Shown here piece after piece: positions 27,147-40,604 of a stretch of 64,000 nucleotides of DNA. The stretch's first letter is position 1. Every line of letters starts with the position of its first letter. The notes beneath the pieces are model-generated. The model ran no database searches, had not been told where the DNA came from, and saw nothing but the letters and a program-made list of their open reading frames with translations. The DNA comes from Octopus vulgaris (Eukaryota), in the NCBI GenBank assembly GCA_951406725.2, contig OX597842.1, positions 11,036,001 to 11,100,000 of the forward strand, read 5' to 3'. A program made the translations under genes and the position numbers.

Positions 27147-28330
27147 ATCAGATAAAGGGAACGACAGAAAGAAAGAGAGAGTGAGAGGAGGGAAGAAAGA
27201 GAGAGAGAGAGACACGGAAAGACTGGGAGACAGAGAGAGAGAGAGGGAAGAGAGAGAGAGAGAGAGACATGGAATCAGATAAAGGGAACGACAGAAAGAA
27301 AGAGAGAGTGAGAGAGAGACATTAGGAGACAGAGAGAGAGAGACAGATAAAAGGAAAGACAGAAAGACTGGGAAACAGAGAGAGAGAGAGAGAGAGACAG
27401 GGAATCAGATAAAGGGAACAAGAGAAAGAAAGAGAGAGGTACAGAAAGACTGGGAGAGAGAGAGAGAGAGAGATATGGAAAGAGATAGACACAAATAGAA
27501 ACAAAGATAGATACAGAAACAGGGAGAGATAAAGTGAAAGATGGAGGAAGATATTGAGAAAAAGAGAGATAAAGAGAACAAAAGAAGACAAGAGGGAGAG
27601 AGAGAGAGATAGATAGAGAGATGAATAAAGAGAAAGATAGAGAGAGGGAGAGAGAATTATAGGGAGAGAGAGAGAGACACAGTCAGATAGATACATAGAT
27701 AGAGAGAGATAAAGTGAAAGACAAGGGAAGATATTGCGAAGAAGATAGATACAGAGAACAAAAGAAGATAAGAGGGAGAGAGAGAGAGATAGAGATTGAT
27801 AAATAGAAAGATAGAGAGATAGAGAGAGAGACACAGTCAGATAGATACATAGATAGAGAGAGAGATAAAGTGAAAGACAAGGGAAGATATTGCGAAGAAG
27901 ATAGATACAGAGAACAATAGCTAAGAGGGGGAGAGAGAGAAAGCGATGGATAAAGAGAAAGATAGATAGAGGGAGAGAGAATTATAAGGAGAGAGAGACA
28001 CAGTCAGATAGATACATAGATAGAGAGAGAGATAAAGTGAAAGATAGGGGGAGATATTGCGAGAAAGATAAAGAGAACAAAAGCAAACAAGCGGGGGAGA
28101 GAGAGAGAGAGAGAGATTTGAATAAAGCGAAAGAGAGAGAGAGAAAAGGAAGAGAGAGGAAGAGAGAGGGAGAGAGAGAGAGACGTAAAGAGAGAAGCAA
28201 ATAGGAGAAAAAACCGAGAAGGACAGGCGAAAAGAAAGATAAAGATGTAAAGAAAAAGATAGAGATAAAAGAAATGATAGGGAAATAGAGAAAGAAAGAA
28301 AGACCGAGAGAAATGGAGAAAAGAGAGACT
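27077..28330. repeat. (GA)-rich polypurine tract with imperfect 115-175 bp internal duplications
   Basis: GACACAGTCAGATAGATACATAGATAGAGAGAG occurs three times. GAATCAGATAAAGGGAAC occurs three times. Confidence 0.85.
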
Positions 28331-28626
28331 CGAGATTAAAGATAAAAATGGCGCATGTTTAAGAAATGGGAAAAGAAACGCGAGGAAGGGAAAAGATTCT
28401 GCTGCAACGATCGAAGTAGCAGCCTCGTTTTGGATAAGCATAATGTTAGCAAGGATCTGGAGGGCAGAAAATTTGGTGATAAATCCACGGCGGTAAGAGA
28501 GTGTGTGTGTGTGTGGCGTGGAGGGCGCAGGACGGGTTCCGTGGCTCTGTGTGTGTGTGTGTATGTGTGTATGTGTGTATATGTGTGTACGGATGAGAGT
28601 GGGTGTGTGCCCGTGTATATGCGTGC

Positions 28627-29790
<1,164 letters not shown>

Positions 29791-29891
29791 AGTCGGATAC
29801 ATATATGTGTGTATATTGTGTATATTTATTGTATATGAGCGTGTGTATTCTCATTCATATTTATAAACATGTTGCATAAATCATGTTGCAT

Positions 29892-29950
29892 GATCATATA
29901 AGGCGCTGTATAAAAGTTACATAAACTTTTATACAGCGCCTAATATGATC
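29892..29950. other. 59-nt near-perfect hairpin
   Basis: GATCATATAAGGCGCTGTATAAAAGTT-ACATA-AACTTTTATACAGCGCCTAATATGATC, with one mismatch in 27 bp. Confidence 0.9.
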
Positions 29951-30044
29951 TCAGTCGCTGTACACCAAGAATATATATATATATATATATATAGAAATTC
30001 AGGGTGAGTACTTGATAATTGTAAGCACCTGTATATACCATTTG

Positions 30045-30125
30045 GTGGTGTAGAAGAAGGCCATAGACACACATTATGCATTGTTATAAATCCGTCTAAT
30101 AAAGGCCCGAAACATATGTACCGTT
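30045..30125 (+). ncRNA. Decayed hammerhead motif
   Basis: TAGAAGA-aGGCC-aTAGAC...GTCTA...aGGCCc-GAAAC-ATAT-GTA. The core is mutated and stem I is weak. Confidence 0.4.
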
Positions 30126-30385
30126 GAATCCTTGGCATCATGTTTTTATTTTGATTAATTTATATATGTATAGAAAATAGTAAAAAGTGAAAAAACTACA
30201 GAAGGCTTGTTTTAAAAGGTTAAAAAATATATTTCAGTCATTATGTCAGAAGAATGTTATAAATTTTTTTCATACAGTAACATAGTTTTTGAAGAAATTA
30301 CCGGTTTCGTGTTAACTTTTCAAATTTCTCAAAACATTGTGTTATGACTTCGTTAACCACGTGCTTTCACACACCAACTTTCTCA

Positions 30386-30430
<45 letters not shown>

Positions 30431-30911
30431 TATATAAAATCCGTTCTGTCTGTGTGTGTGTGTGTGTCTTCTAGGATCTCGGGCATCCTCCATCCGATTG
30501 CGCTCAAATTTGATATGTAGAATCCAACGGTATCAGGGCGTGCATAAGTCTTGAAAAAATTACAAAATTCGAATCCAGGTGAGAATGCGATCGATAAAGC
30601 CGTGGGAACGTGCATTTGTACGCGCAAGTACATCAGCTGTTGCGATCGATACTACGCGTACGCGAGAAAAATGCACGTGCAGTTTGCGCAAAAAAAAGCC
30701 GGCTGGCTTGAAATAATGCCACAAAATGCAGTATATTTAAGAGAGCAAAAACGTAAGATGCAAAAGAGATATTTTCTTCAAACTTGGCTTGAAGGAAGGA
30801 AAGACAATTTGGTTTCTCAATCTATTTATAAAAGTGAAAGGATTTTGTCTATCCATTAATTTCGATTGTCCACCTGCCACAGTGATTAAATCGACTAGGA
30901 ACAGTGTACGC

Positions 30912-31120
30912 AATACATTATTTACATTATTGACACTATTTACATCTGACGGATATTTGTCCTCATCTTGTTTGTTGTTGTCTTGTTCGAAATTTCCGCA
31001 AGACACCTGAAGACGTCTGGAGGGTATATCAGCCGAAACGTTGTGTTAACAACAAACAAGATGAGGACAAATATCCGTCAAATGTAAATAACGTACGTAA
31101 TTCCCCATCTCCTAAATATA
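30912..31120 (+). mobile_element. Short Penelope-like element with inverted arms and 13-bp flanking direct repeats
   Basis: Arms 30937-30979 and 31048-31090. GAACAGTGTACGC at 30899-30911 and 31121-31133. Confidence 0.75.
31002..31047 (+). ncRNA. Minimal type I hammerhead ribozyme motif
   Basis: GACAC-CTGAAGA-cGtCTGG...TCAGcC-GAAAC-GTT-GTGTT. Palindromic AACGTT; stem II is partly decayed. Confidence 0.65.
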
Positions 31121-31173
31121 GAACAGTGTACGCGATGAGTGTCTCAAAACCAAGCAATCATAATCTCTATATG

Positions 31174-31552
31174 AGGCGCAATGGCCCAGTGGTCAGGGCA
31201 GCGGACTCGCGGTCATAGGATCGCGGTTTCGATTCCCAGACCGGGCGTTGTGAGTGTTTATTGAGCGAAAACACCTAAAGCTCCACGACGCTCCGGCAGA
31301 GGGTGGTGATGATCCCTGCTGTACTCTTTCACCACAACTTTCTCTCACTCTTACTTCCTGTTTCTCTTGTACCTGTATTTCAAAGGGCCGGCCTTGTCAC
31401 TCTCTGTGTCACGCTGAATATCCTCGAGAACTACGTTAAGGCTACACGTGTCTGTGGAGTGCTCAGCCACTTACACGTTAATCTCACGAGCAGGCTGTTC
31501 CGTTGATTCGGATCAACCGGAACCCTCATCGTCGTAACCGACGGAGTGCTTC
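31174..31552 (+). mobile_element. SINE family C, full length
   Basis: Complete tRNA-like head through the GACGGAGTGCTTC tail. Confidence 0.9.
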
Positions 31553-31879
31553 CATCCAAACTACATTAAAACTTTGATAAGCTTACCTTTACCTATTCTA
31601 AGTTACTTGAAAGGTGATGTTCTCTTCTCTCTCTTCTATTTGATGATACCTTTGTTTACCTACCAATGCGTTGCTTCACTTTAAGGATGCTTATTTATCC
31701 ATCCATTATATTTCGACAGTTGTCCATTGTTTCAAATATGATTTAGCATTGTCGTTCTAGCCGTTTTTAAACAATCACATATGATTCGTCCCAAAGTATC
31801 AACCTTTAAATAAGGGTTTTGCTTCCACTAGCGAAAGCTATATGTATCTTTCAGAGAGCTCCATACCAATTTAACTTTT

Positions 31880-32146
31880 TGCAGCATTCGCTTGGCGCAG
31901 CGCAACCACCACAGGAGCAAAGACAGCCGAGGAGAGACGGATTCAGTCAGCAGAACAGAAACGCCAGATGCGGAAAGCCAGAGCCACCTGTACCAATAGC
32001 CCCTACCCACTTCTGCCCCACCTGTGGGAGGGGCTTTCTTGCCCTGATAGGCCTCACCAGCCACCTCCGGTCTCATAGCAGCAATTCCACCAAATGATGT
32101 CAATGGTCATCTTCGAACTCGAAGGACGAACGTTATTATTATTATA
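31880..32146 (+). pseudogene. RTE (BovB-like) LINE 3' end
   Basis: C-terminal C2H2 finger CPTCGRGFLALIGLTSHLRSH, then GTCATCTTCGAACTCGAAGGACG hairpin and (TTA)n tail. Confidence 0.85.
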
Positions 32147-32652
32147 CGCACAGGCTATGTGGTAAGACAGAATAAAGGGGCTTTTGTTAACTTATCTCTC
32201 CGAAAAAATAGCTCCCTTTGCTGTTGAAAAAACTTAACTCTCAGCGGGGAAATTTCAATGTCTTCCTTCAATTTCCTTACACCATTTATATGGTTCTTTC
32301 TCACAAGAAATTTCGCTTTCATGTAAAACAACTACATTTTGTGGCCATTGTCCGTAATCTACTCCCGAAACACTTCAGCAGCTCCACTTTGCATCGCTTG
32401 CAAACTTATATGTTCTATGATAATCAAAGTGCAGCGACCTCCACAGTAACTAGCTTTCAATTTGATTTTCCGATCCTAGTTTAATCGGAAACATAGATTG
32501 CCGGGCAACTCATAAACCTTCCAAGACGTTCACTTATTTGGTGAAAATAATGCCACTAAGGCAACTAAACTGCCATAAGGACGGGTGCGTTGCTAGTATA
32601 TATATACATGTATATGTGTATATTTATAATAAACACACATACAGAAATATAT

Positions 32653-32751
32653 AAAGTGAGAATTTACAAAAGACGAAAGACGAAGACGGGTGTGTAAACA
32701 AACAGATCTATTAGTTTAACGCTCGACAAGTGAGAAGTCTTTTACGTTTCG
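32653..32751 (-). mobile_element. Penelope-like terminal fragment
   Basis: Minus strand CGAAACGTAAAAGACTTCTC...GAGCGTTAAACTAATA, related to 34843-35060. Confidence 0.5.
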
Positions 32752-32765
32752 TTTATATAAATACA

Positions 32766-32857
<92 letters not shown>

Positions 32858-32858
32858 A

Positions 32859-33335
32859 ATGAAAGAATGGAGTCGAACGACGATTTAACAAAGTTCCTTT
32901 ATTCTCGACACATGTTTCGAAGACTGCATATTCTTAATTCCGAAGGAGTAAAGGGTGCATTATGCCGTCTTCTCATCAGGAAAGACAAGGAACTTATGTC
33001 AGCATCATGACGAACAAAAACTTCTAGATGACTGCCCACATGGAGTCCATAGTGATAAGAAGTCCATAGAAGACGGCATAATGCACCCTTTATTCCTTCG
33101 GAAGTAAGAATATGCAGTCTTCGAAACATATGTCGAGAATAAAGGAATTTTGTTAAATCGTCGTTCGACTCCATTCTTTCATATATCTATAGTAAAAAAA
33201 CACACAAATTTCCACACGAAAGCACGTGATTTCTGCCCTTGGCATGTAGCTTCAATCGTGCTTTCTGACGTAAATTTGCTACCCGGTATCGGTTAACCGA
33301 ATTATCCATACTAGGATAATTCATTCAACTACTTA

Positions 33336-33338
<3 letters not shown>
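32859..33338. mobile_element. Short Penelope-like element with 115-bp inverted arms, inside (TA)n
   Basis: Arms 32859-32973 and 33068-33182. The tail 33183-33333 is homologous to 4886-5041. Confidence 0.75.
32892..32994 (-). ncRNA. Extended type I hammerhead ribozyme motif with canonical core
   Basis: Minus strand AGTTCCTT-gtc-TTTC-CTGATGA-GAAGAC-g-GCATA...TATGC-a-GTCTTC-GAAAC-ATGT-GTC-GAGA-ata-AAGGAACT. Confidence 0.85.
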
Positions 33339-33370
<32 letters not shown>

Positions 33371-33852
33371 GCATATATGTTTAGGGAAAACAAAGATTGT
33401 TTTCCTTTTTGGAGAAATTCTGCTAATTAGCTGTCTCCTTGAATTATTTATAATTTTTTTTTAGTGCGTGTATGTGTGTGTGTGTGATATTCGGATTAAG
33501 CTCTTGCAGAATTCTATGCAAAGCTCATCCACAGCTATTGGCTAGCTGATGTCATCTTACAGTGTATATACTCCTGCTACTAGATATGCATCAATAATTC
33601 CCCAGTATCCGTAGAGTTTATAAAAACAGACAAATGAACGAACTTGAAATGAAGGGGGTTCTTTATTCAACCCAATACAATTGTTCCAACACATTCCCTG
33701 ATCTACAGCTCGTAGGTGAGATATTATACAGTCGTTATCTTACATCCCAGGTGTAGAATACACCTCCTTAGGTGACAATTTATTCGACCTCCTCATTATA
33801 CACTTTCAGCATTTCCCTCGGTTTAACTTTGCCTATCTATACGGATGTATGA

Positions 33853-34200
33853 AGGCGCATGGCTCAGTGGTTAGAGCATCGAGCTTACGATAGTGAGGCT
33901 GTGAGCTCGAATCCCGGACCGGGCTGCGTGTTGTGTTCTTGAGCAAGGCACTTTATTTCACGTTGCTCCAGTTCACTCAGCTGTAGAAATTAGTTGCGAC
34001 GTCACTGGTGCCAAGCTGTATCGACCCCTTTGCTTTTCCCTTGGATAACATCAGTGGTGTGGAGAGGGGAGGCCGGTATGCATGGGCGACTGCTGGTCTT
34101 CCATAAACAACCTTGCCCGGATTTGTGTCTAGGAGGGTAACTTTCTAGGTGCAATCCCATGGTCTGTGTCATGACCGAAGGGGGTCTTTACCCTTTACTC
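33853..34200 (+). mobile_element. SINE family D, near full length
   Basis: GGCGCATGGCTCAGTGGTTAGAGC...CTCGAATCCC head and TGTTCTTGAGCAAGGCACTT box. Confidence 0.85.
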
Positions 34201-34313
34201 CAAGAATTCACAGATGGAACTAAAAACCATAGATTCTGCGAGACACAAGATGCACTTACAATCAAACTATCAAAATGCGTCATCATTGTTTCTGATTTAT
34301 TCTGTCAAGCTCT

Positions 34314-34379
34314 ATCATACAGTAGTGCCGTCTAGCGGCATCATACGGTAGTGCCGTCTAGCGGTATCATACAGTAGTG
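34314..34379. repeat. 26-bp tandem repeat x2.5 containing a CTCF-like motif
   Basis: Unit ATCATAC(A/G)GTAGTGCCGTCTAGCGG(C/T); the minus strand reads CCGCTAGACGGCAC. Confidence 0.8.
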
Positions 34380-34790
34380 TCTGTCACCCTATAAATTTTG
34401 TAAATGGCGTGATTGTTGAATAAGCAGCGTTACGGTGACAATACACAAAGAGATATATCTATGTCGTTTTTATATTCTCGGCTTTGCTTTGATCTCTTTA
34501 TTTCTGTCTCTTGAAATAATTACTAACAAGTAGAACGCGTAAATGTATAGGAGGATATGTAAGTCGACATATATATGACTGTACACAATGTATGTATGGA
34601 TATATGTATGTATATATGTATGTATGTATTTATAGATATTTGTGTGGTAAGAAATTTGCTTACGAACCCCATGGTTGCGTATTCAATCTCACTGCCTAGT
34701 AGCACCTCGGGTGGGTGCCTTCTGCTATAACCTCTGGTCGGCCAGGTCCTTGTCAGTGGATTTGATTGACGGGAACGGAAGGAAGCACAT

Positions 34791-34842
<52 letters not shown>

Positions 34843-34845
<3 letters not shown>

Positions 34846-35060
34846 TTTCCTGAGCGTCCAATAATACTTTATTTGTTCCACGACCTCGCGTTGCTGTGTT
34901 ATTTTTGTGTTTTCTTGTTTGGATTAACTATATATATATATATATATATACATACATACATACATGTTTATTTCTGTGTTTCTTTCTGCCGAAGTGCGTA
35001 GGCTCGAAACGTAAACAACTTTCTCGTTGCCTCATTCACAATCTGGATAAGCTATATATA
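34843..35060 (+). mobile_element. Penelope-like fragments with a decayed hammerhead
   Basis: CTGCCGA-A-GtGC-GTAG-GCTC-GAAAC-GTA at about 34986-35013, bounded by (TA)n. Confidence 0.45.
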
Positions 35061-35117
35061 TAGATATATATATATATATATATATAATCAAATTAAGCAA
35101 CAAGAATAACTCCGGTA

Positions 35118-35206
35118 ATTTGGTACGATCGTTTCGAACTACATCATTCTATTAAATGTTGTAAGTATTACAACAGTTTTAAAATGCTGAGCACTCATCA
35201 GCCATT
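35118..35206 (-). ncRNA. Type I hammerhead motif with long stem II
   Basis: Minus strand aaTGG-CTGATGA-G...TGTTGTAA-tac-TTACAACA...C-GAAAC-GATC-GTA-CCAaa. Palindrome ACGATCGT; stem I is short. Confidence 0.7.
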
Positions 35207-35330
35207 AATAGAGATTATTTTGTTTATAATCACCCCACGGATTTATATGGATAACACCATACAGAATTCTGGTGCATCTAACTTAAGTACCATATTCATT
35301 TGAATCTAAATTTTGCTGAACTTATATATA

Positions 35331-35363
<33 letters not shown>

Positions 35364-35409
35364 TGACGTATGTATATATATATATCTCCTATTTTTTAAT
35401 TATTGTAAA

Positions 35410-36260
35410 GCTTCCACTGAGGCGGGAACCAGTTTCCAACAAAGATACAAGGCTCCATCTTTGGGTTATAGTTAACACAGACAAATTCACATTTGGAACT
35501 TGAGAAAAGTCTTGCATATTTTAACTGTTCCTCTCACAAATTTCACTTGTAATGTACGAATTTGCAGTCGATTTGTCTTTCTGAAAATCCCAGTTTATCC
35601 AGATTCTCCTTTAAGCATTTACTAACGAAACCTAGAGCTCCAATTACTATTGGTAGGAATATGAATTCATAGTCTGGATATAGAAGTTGGAGGTTACGAA
35701 GCAGTTGTCCATACATATACTCTTTTTCTGTGATTTTCAACGAGATATTTATATCTGTAGGGCAGCTGACTTCTATGACGGCTCATACATTTGCTCCTCT
35801 GTCGCAAACGACAATATCCGTTCTGTTATTTTTATATTTGACAGACGTTTTGATGGGAATATTCCACCACTGTTCCTTGAGTTAGTGTTTATGAATGTAT
35901 TCCATAACAAAGGGATTTTCCAAGTTTATTTCAGGACAGTCCTCTTTGTGGAATGGATTATAAATTGTTTTAGCAACAACATCGTGCCGCATATGGAGGT
36001 AGTTCCGTGACGACATTTTAGAACAGCCGCTAATTACATGCGTAATGTCTTCCACAGAAACATGACATAACCTACACACGCAGTTGCACTCTGAGATTAA
36101 AAGTGCGTCACTGTCTCTCTTATTCACCAGGTACTTTGTGGCAATCTCATGTTCCTAGATTGCAAACAAATAGCCTTCAAAATGTGATGTGATGCAGTGA
36201 TCTTGTGTGCGATGGAGGCTACGCTTCGTGTCAATTCTACTGTCTTCTTCAAGCTTCCGA
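35410..36260 (-). pseudogene. R4/Dong-like non-LTR retrotransposon C-terminal fragment (zinc knuckle plus restriction-like endonuclease)
   Basis: CRLCHVSVEDITHVISGC (CX2CX7-8HX4C), RHDVVA, RTDIVV...IEVSCP, KITEKEYMY, and LPIVIGALG, with stops and frameshifts. Confidence 0.85.
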
Positions 36261-36261
36261 A

Positions 36262-36594
36262 TTAACGGAACAGCCTGCTCGTGAAATTGACATGTAAGTG
36301 GCTGAGCACTCCACAGACACGTGTACCCTTAACGTAGTTCTCGGGGATATTCAGCGTGACACAGAGAGTGACAAGGCCGGCCTCTTGAAATACAGGTACA
36401 ACAGAAACAGGAAGTAAGAGTGAGAGAAAGTTGTGGTGAAAGAGTACAGTAGGGATCACCACCATCCCCTGCCGGAGCCTCGTGGAGCTTTTAGGTGTTT
36501 TCGCTCAATAAACACTCACAACGCCCGGTTTAGGAATCGAAACCGCGATCCTACGACCGCGAGTCCGCTGCCCTAACCACTAGGCCATTGCGTC
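36262..36594 (-). mobile_element. SINE family C
   Basis: Homology to 31174-31552. Confidence 0.9.
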
Positions 36595-36867
36595 TCCCGT
36601 TCTGAAAGACAATGTCACATAATTTGTTCAGATTATTTCTCTTTCCGATCTCATTGTTTACATCTGACGTCTCGATACGAAACATTGTAGCAAAAAAATC
36701 AGAGCTGGCTATAATTTACTTAAAAAGATCCTTAACAAAATAATGTAAAGGGCACTGCTAACACAGTAGAACATGATGATGATTCATAAAAAGACATTTA
36801 ATATACTTTATAGTATATTATGGTTGCATAACCAAATACCACGAGGCTACAAATCATTAAAATGACA

Positions 36868-37265
36868 CTCTTTTACTCTTTTACTTGTTTCAGTCCTTTG
36901 ACTGCGGCCATGCTGGAGCACCGCCTTTAGTCGAGCAAATCGACCCCGGGACTTATTCTTTGTAAGTCCAGTACTTATTCTATCGGTCCCTTTTGCCGAA
37001 CCGCTAAGTGACGGGGACATAAACACACCAGCATCGGTTTTCAAGCAATGCTAGGGGGACAAACACAGACGCACAAACAAACACACATACATATATATAT
37101 ATACATATATACGACAGGCTTCTTTCAGTTTCCGTCTACAAAATCCATTGGTCAGCCCGGGGCTATAGCAGAAGACACTTGCCCAAGATGCCACGCAGTG
37201 GGACTGAACCCGGAACCATGTGGTTGGTTAGCAAGCTACTTACCACACAGCCACTCCTGCGCCTA
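36868..37265 (-). mobile_element. SINE family A
   Basis: Homology to other copies. Confidence 0.9.
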
Positions 37266-37645
37266 TACCTCCACTCAATAAAAATGTGGCCGATGCATAC
37301 TCAGGAAGGCCAATGCTTTCCCACAAGTTATATTTCGGAAAGTAGACGCCGTCATTTGCGGATTTTTTTTATTTCTATAAAACGAAAATTTGACATAGCA
37401 CAACAGCGATATATCAGGATGTCTTGACAAATACGTAAACTGTGATCTAGCAAATTTCTATTACTTGCTTTTAGATTCAGTGAGAAGACAAATGCGGCAG
37501 AAATATCGATTCGAAGTAGAAATCAAAATGAACATTTCCAATAACAGATGAGAGATTATTGAAAAATTAATGCCTTACAAGAACAGTAATAAAAGATGAC
37601 ATTTGCTCAGGAGAGGAGCAATCCATACGATCTAATCTACATATA

Positions 37646-38380
<735 letters not shown>

Positions 38381-38730
38381 AACAAATTGACTAATTGGGG
38401 ACGACGTGTGAGACTATCGTTAAGTGTCCGCACATTAAGAAATATCAGTTACGTTACTGGGACATACCTCTTACATGAGTAATTCATCTGGACCTTTACG
38501 GTAATGGATAAATGTTTGAGAAGCTCGCTTCGCTGAGATGTGGTATCGGGTTCTGTCCCACCGCTGGCACTTCGGGTAAGTTTTTTCTGCTACAACCCCG
38601 AGCCTACCAATGCGTTATGAGTATCGCTATTTCTGGATTATTTCACTTCATCGGCAAAGAATAATTTTTCGGCTAAATGTGGCGCTGCCAAATTCCCATT
38701 CGAAATATATAGTTTTCAAATGCGTGAAAT

Positions 38731-39140
38731 GCCGCAGGAGTGGCTGTGTGGTAAGTGGCTTGCTAACCAGCCACATGGTCCCGGGTTCAGTCCCACTGCG
38801 TGGCACCTTGGGTAAGTGTCTTCTGCTATAGCCCCGGGCCGACCGATGCCTTGTGAGTGGATTTGGTAGACGGAAACTGAAAGAAGCCTGTCGTATATAT
38901 GTATATATATATATATATATGTGTGTGTGTTTGTGTGTCTGTGTTTGTCCCCCTAGCATTGCTTGACAACCGATGCTGGTGTGCTTATGTCCCCGTCACT
39001 TAGCGGTTCGGCAAAAAGAGACCGATAGAATAAGTACTGGGCTTACAAAGAATAAGTCCCAGGGTCGATTAAAGGCGGTGCTCCAGCATGGCCACAGTCA
39101 AATGACTGAAACAAGTAAAAGAGTAAAGAGTAAAAGAGAG
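38731..39140 (+). mobile_element. SINE family A, full length
   Basis: Homology to other copies. Confidence 0.9.
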
Positions 39141-39756
39141 AGTATATATTTATATACTCATGTGTCAATGTTTTTGATCGCATTTCAATTAAATCCATGG
39201 CTTTTATAAGGACAGTCCAGAGTTGCCTCTCTTGGGAATTTCCCATTGGGTTTGACTAAGGAGCTAGAAGCGTCGATGTTTTGGGAATCCGAGAAGGGGT
39301 GACACAGGACAGATATGGTGTTTTTACCTACACGAGAAGGTTTCTCTCCACGGTAAGAGCATTGAATTTGCCTCTTAGCAGTTGAAATGTGTCAGAAATA
39401 TATTTCAACCTAGACTACCCCTGACCCGTGGGGTCACTGACGGTTCAGGTTACAAAACATTGAAATGAAAGTGAATTTTCTGTTGATTCAGTTAAATATT
39501 TCAGTTCGTTCGTGTCATCATGAGTCTGGTATACAAGTTCATGCTTTATTGATTATTTATAGCATCGAATAGAAATAGAACTTCCGGGATAAACTTGAAC
39601 TCCAGTAACAGCATTCATTTATTTATCGTTTATGTGCACACTTCTACTAAAATGCGAAATGAATTGTTATATAACATAAACATAAAATTAATGGAAACAA
39701 TTTTCACAGTCAAGTACATCACTATTATTAAATCTTACATTCAGCAACAGAAATTT

Positions 39757-40312
39757 GTAGTAAAGATTGTTTGCCAACATAACATGGCAGTCCTGGTTTA
39801 GGACGAATGCTGCTGTAATTTATTCCCAGGAGATATCGTCTTCAGCTGGCTATACAACATGATCTGTGTCCTTATATTTTCGAATAAGGGAATCTAGCAC
39901 CCCCACTCAGCTCAAAACAATATCTGTGTATCGCGATTTCTGGGTTATTTCCATTCATCAGCACAGAATAAGTTTTCGGCTAAAGGTGGCGCTGCCAAAT
40001 TCCCGTTTGGTTCGAAGTATATAGTTTTCAAAGTGACAACTAGTCACTGATTTATAAATTAGAAAATAACTACTTTTGAATCTCACATCGAGAGATATTC
40101 AACAACAGTACTTTGGAGTAAAGATTGTTTGCCAACATAATATGGCAGTCCTGGTTTAGGACGAATGATTCTGTAATTTATTCCCAGGAGACATCCTCTC
40201 CAGCTGGTTATACGACACAATCTGTGTCTTTATATTTTCGAACAAGGGAATTACAGCAACATTCGTCCTAAACCAGGACTGCCATGTTATGTTGGCAAAA
40301 AATCTTTACTAC
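39757..40312. mobile_element. Penelope-like pseudo-LTR arrangement (direct plus inverted repeats)
   Basis: Direct repeats at about 39759-39900 and 40117-40260, an inverted copy at 40256-40310, and a hammerhead between the direct repeats. Confidence 0.7.
39923..39967 (-). ncRNA. Minimal type I hammerhead ribozyme motif with canonical core
   Basis: Minus strand TCTGTG-CTGATGA-aTGG-aaataac-CCA-GAAA-TCGCGA-TA-CACAGA. 6-bp stem I, palindrome ATCGCGAT, AUA triplet. A decayed paralog lies at 38615-38660. Confidence 0.85.
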
Positions 40313-40339
40313 AATTTTCACAGTATTATATATTCCCAT

Positions 40340-40604
40340 TTCAGGGTTATATTACTTTCGGAATATTTTCCCATCATGCTCCGTTTTGGTTATTTATGAA
40401 GGTACCCCCAAAACACCACGTATCTCAGGATTCCGTGATCCGATTTACGCCTAACATGTTTTATTTCGTTTCCATTCACATTTCAGCGGTGCGGTGCATT
40501 ACTTTCGGAGGATATTCTCATTACGAGCCGCTTTGGCTGTATTAAATTACAACAAACACACATGCAAGCAAGCAAGCAACCACAGAGTTTTAGTAGTATA
40601 TAGA
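40340..40604 (-). mobile_element. Helitron-like 5' fragment
   Basis: The minus strand begins TCTATATACTACTAAAAC, followed by (TTGC)n and AAATCGGATCA, the same 5' architecture as the other Helitron-like copies. Confidence 0.45.

Larger units (their letters stand above)
30428..32596 (+). mobile_element. Putative non-autonomous Helitron-like element with nested insertions
   Basis: A|TCTTATATAAAATCCG...(TG)n...ATCCGATTGCGCTCAAATTTG 5' end, and ACGGGTGCGTTGCTAG|T 3' end. Pairing these two ends is inferred. Confidence 0.45.

Noticed and set aside
31174-31250. tRNA genes at SINE heads (also 33853, 13952, 7184)
   Set aside because: A and B boxes run directly into SINE bodies present in several copies, with no clean cloverleaf or terminator.
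31996-32080. Host C2H2 zinc-finger gene exon
   Set aside because: A single finger followed by an RTE-type hairpin and (TTA)n tail, so it is a LINE C-terminus.
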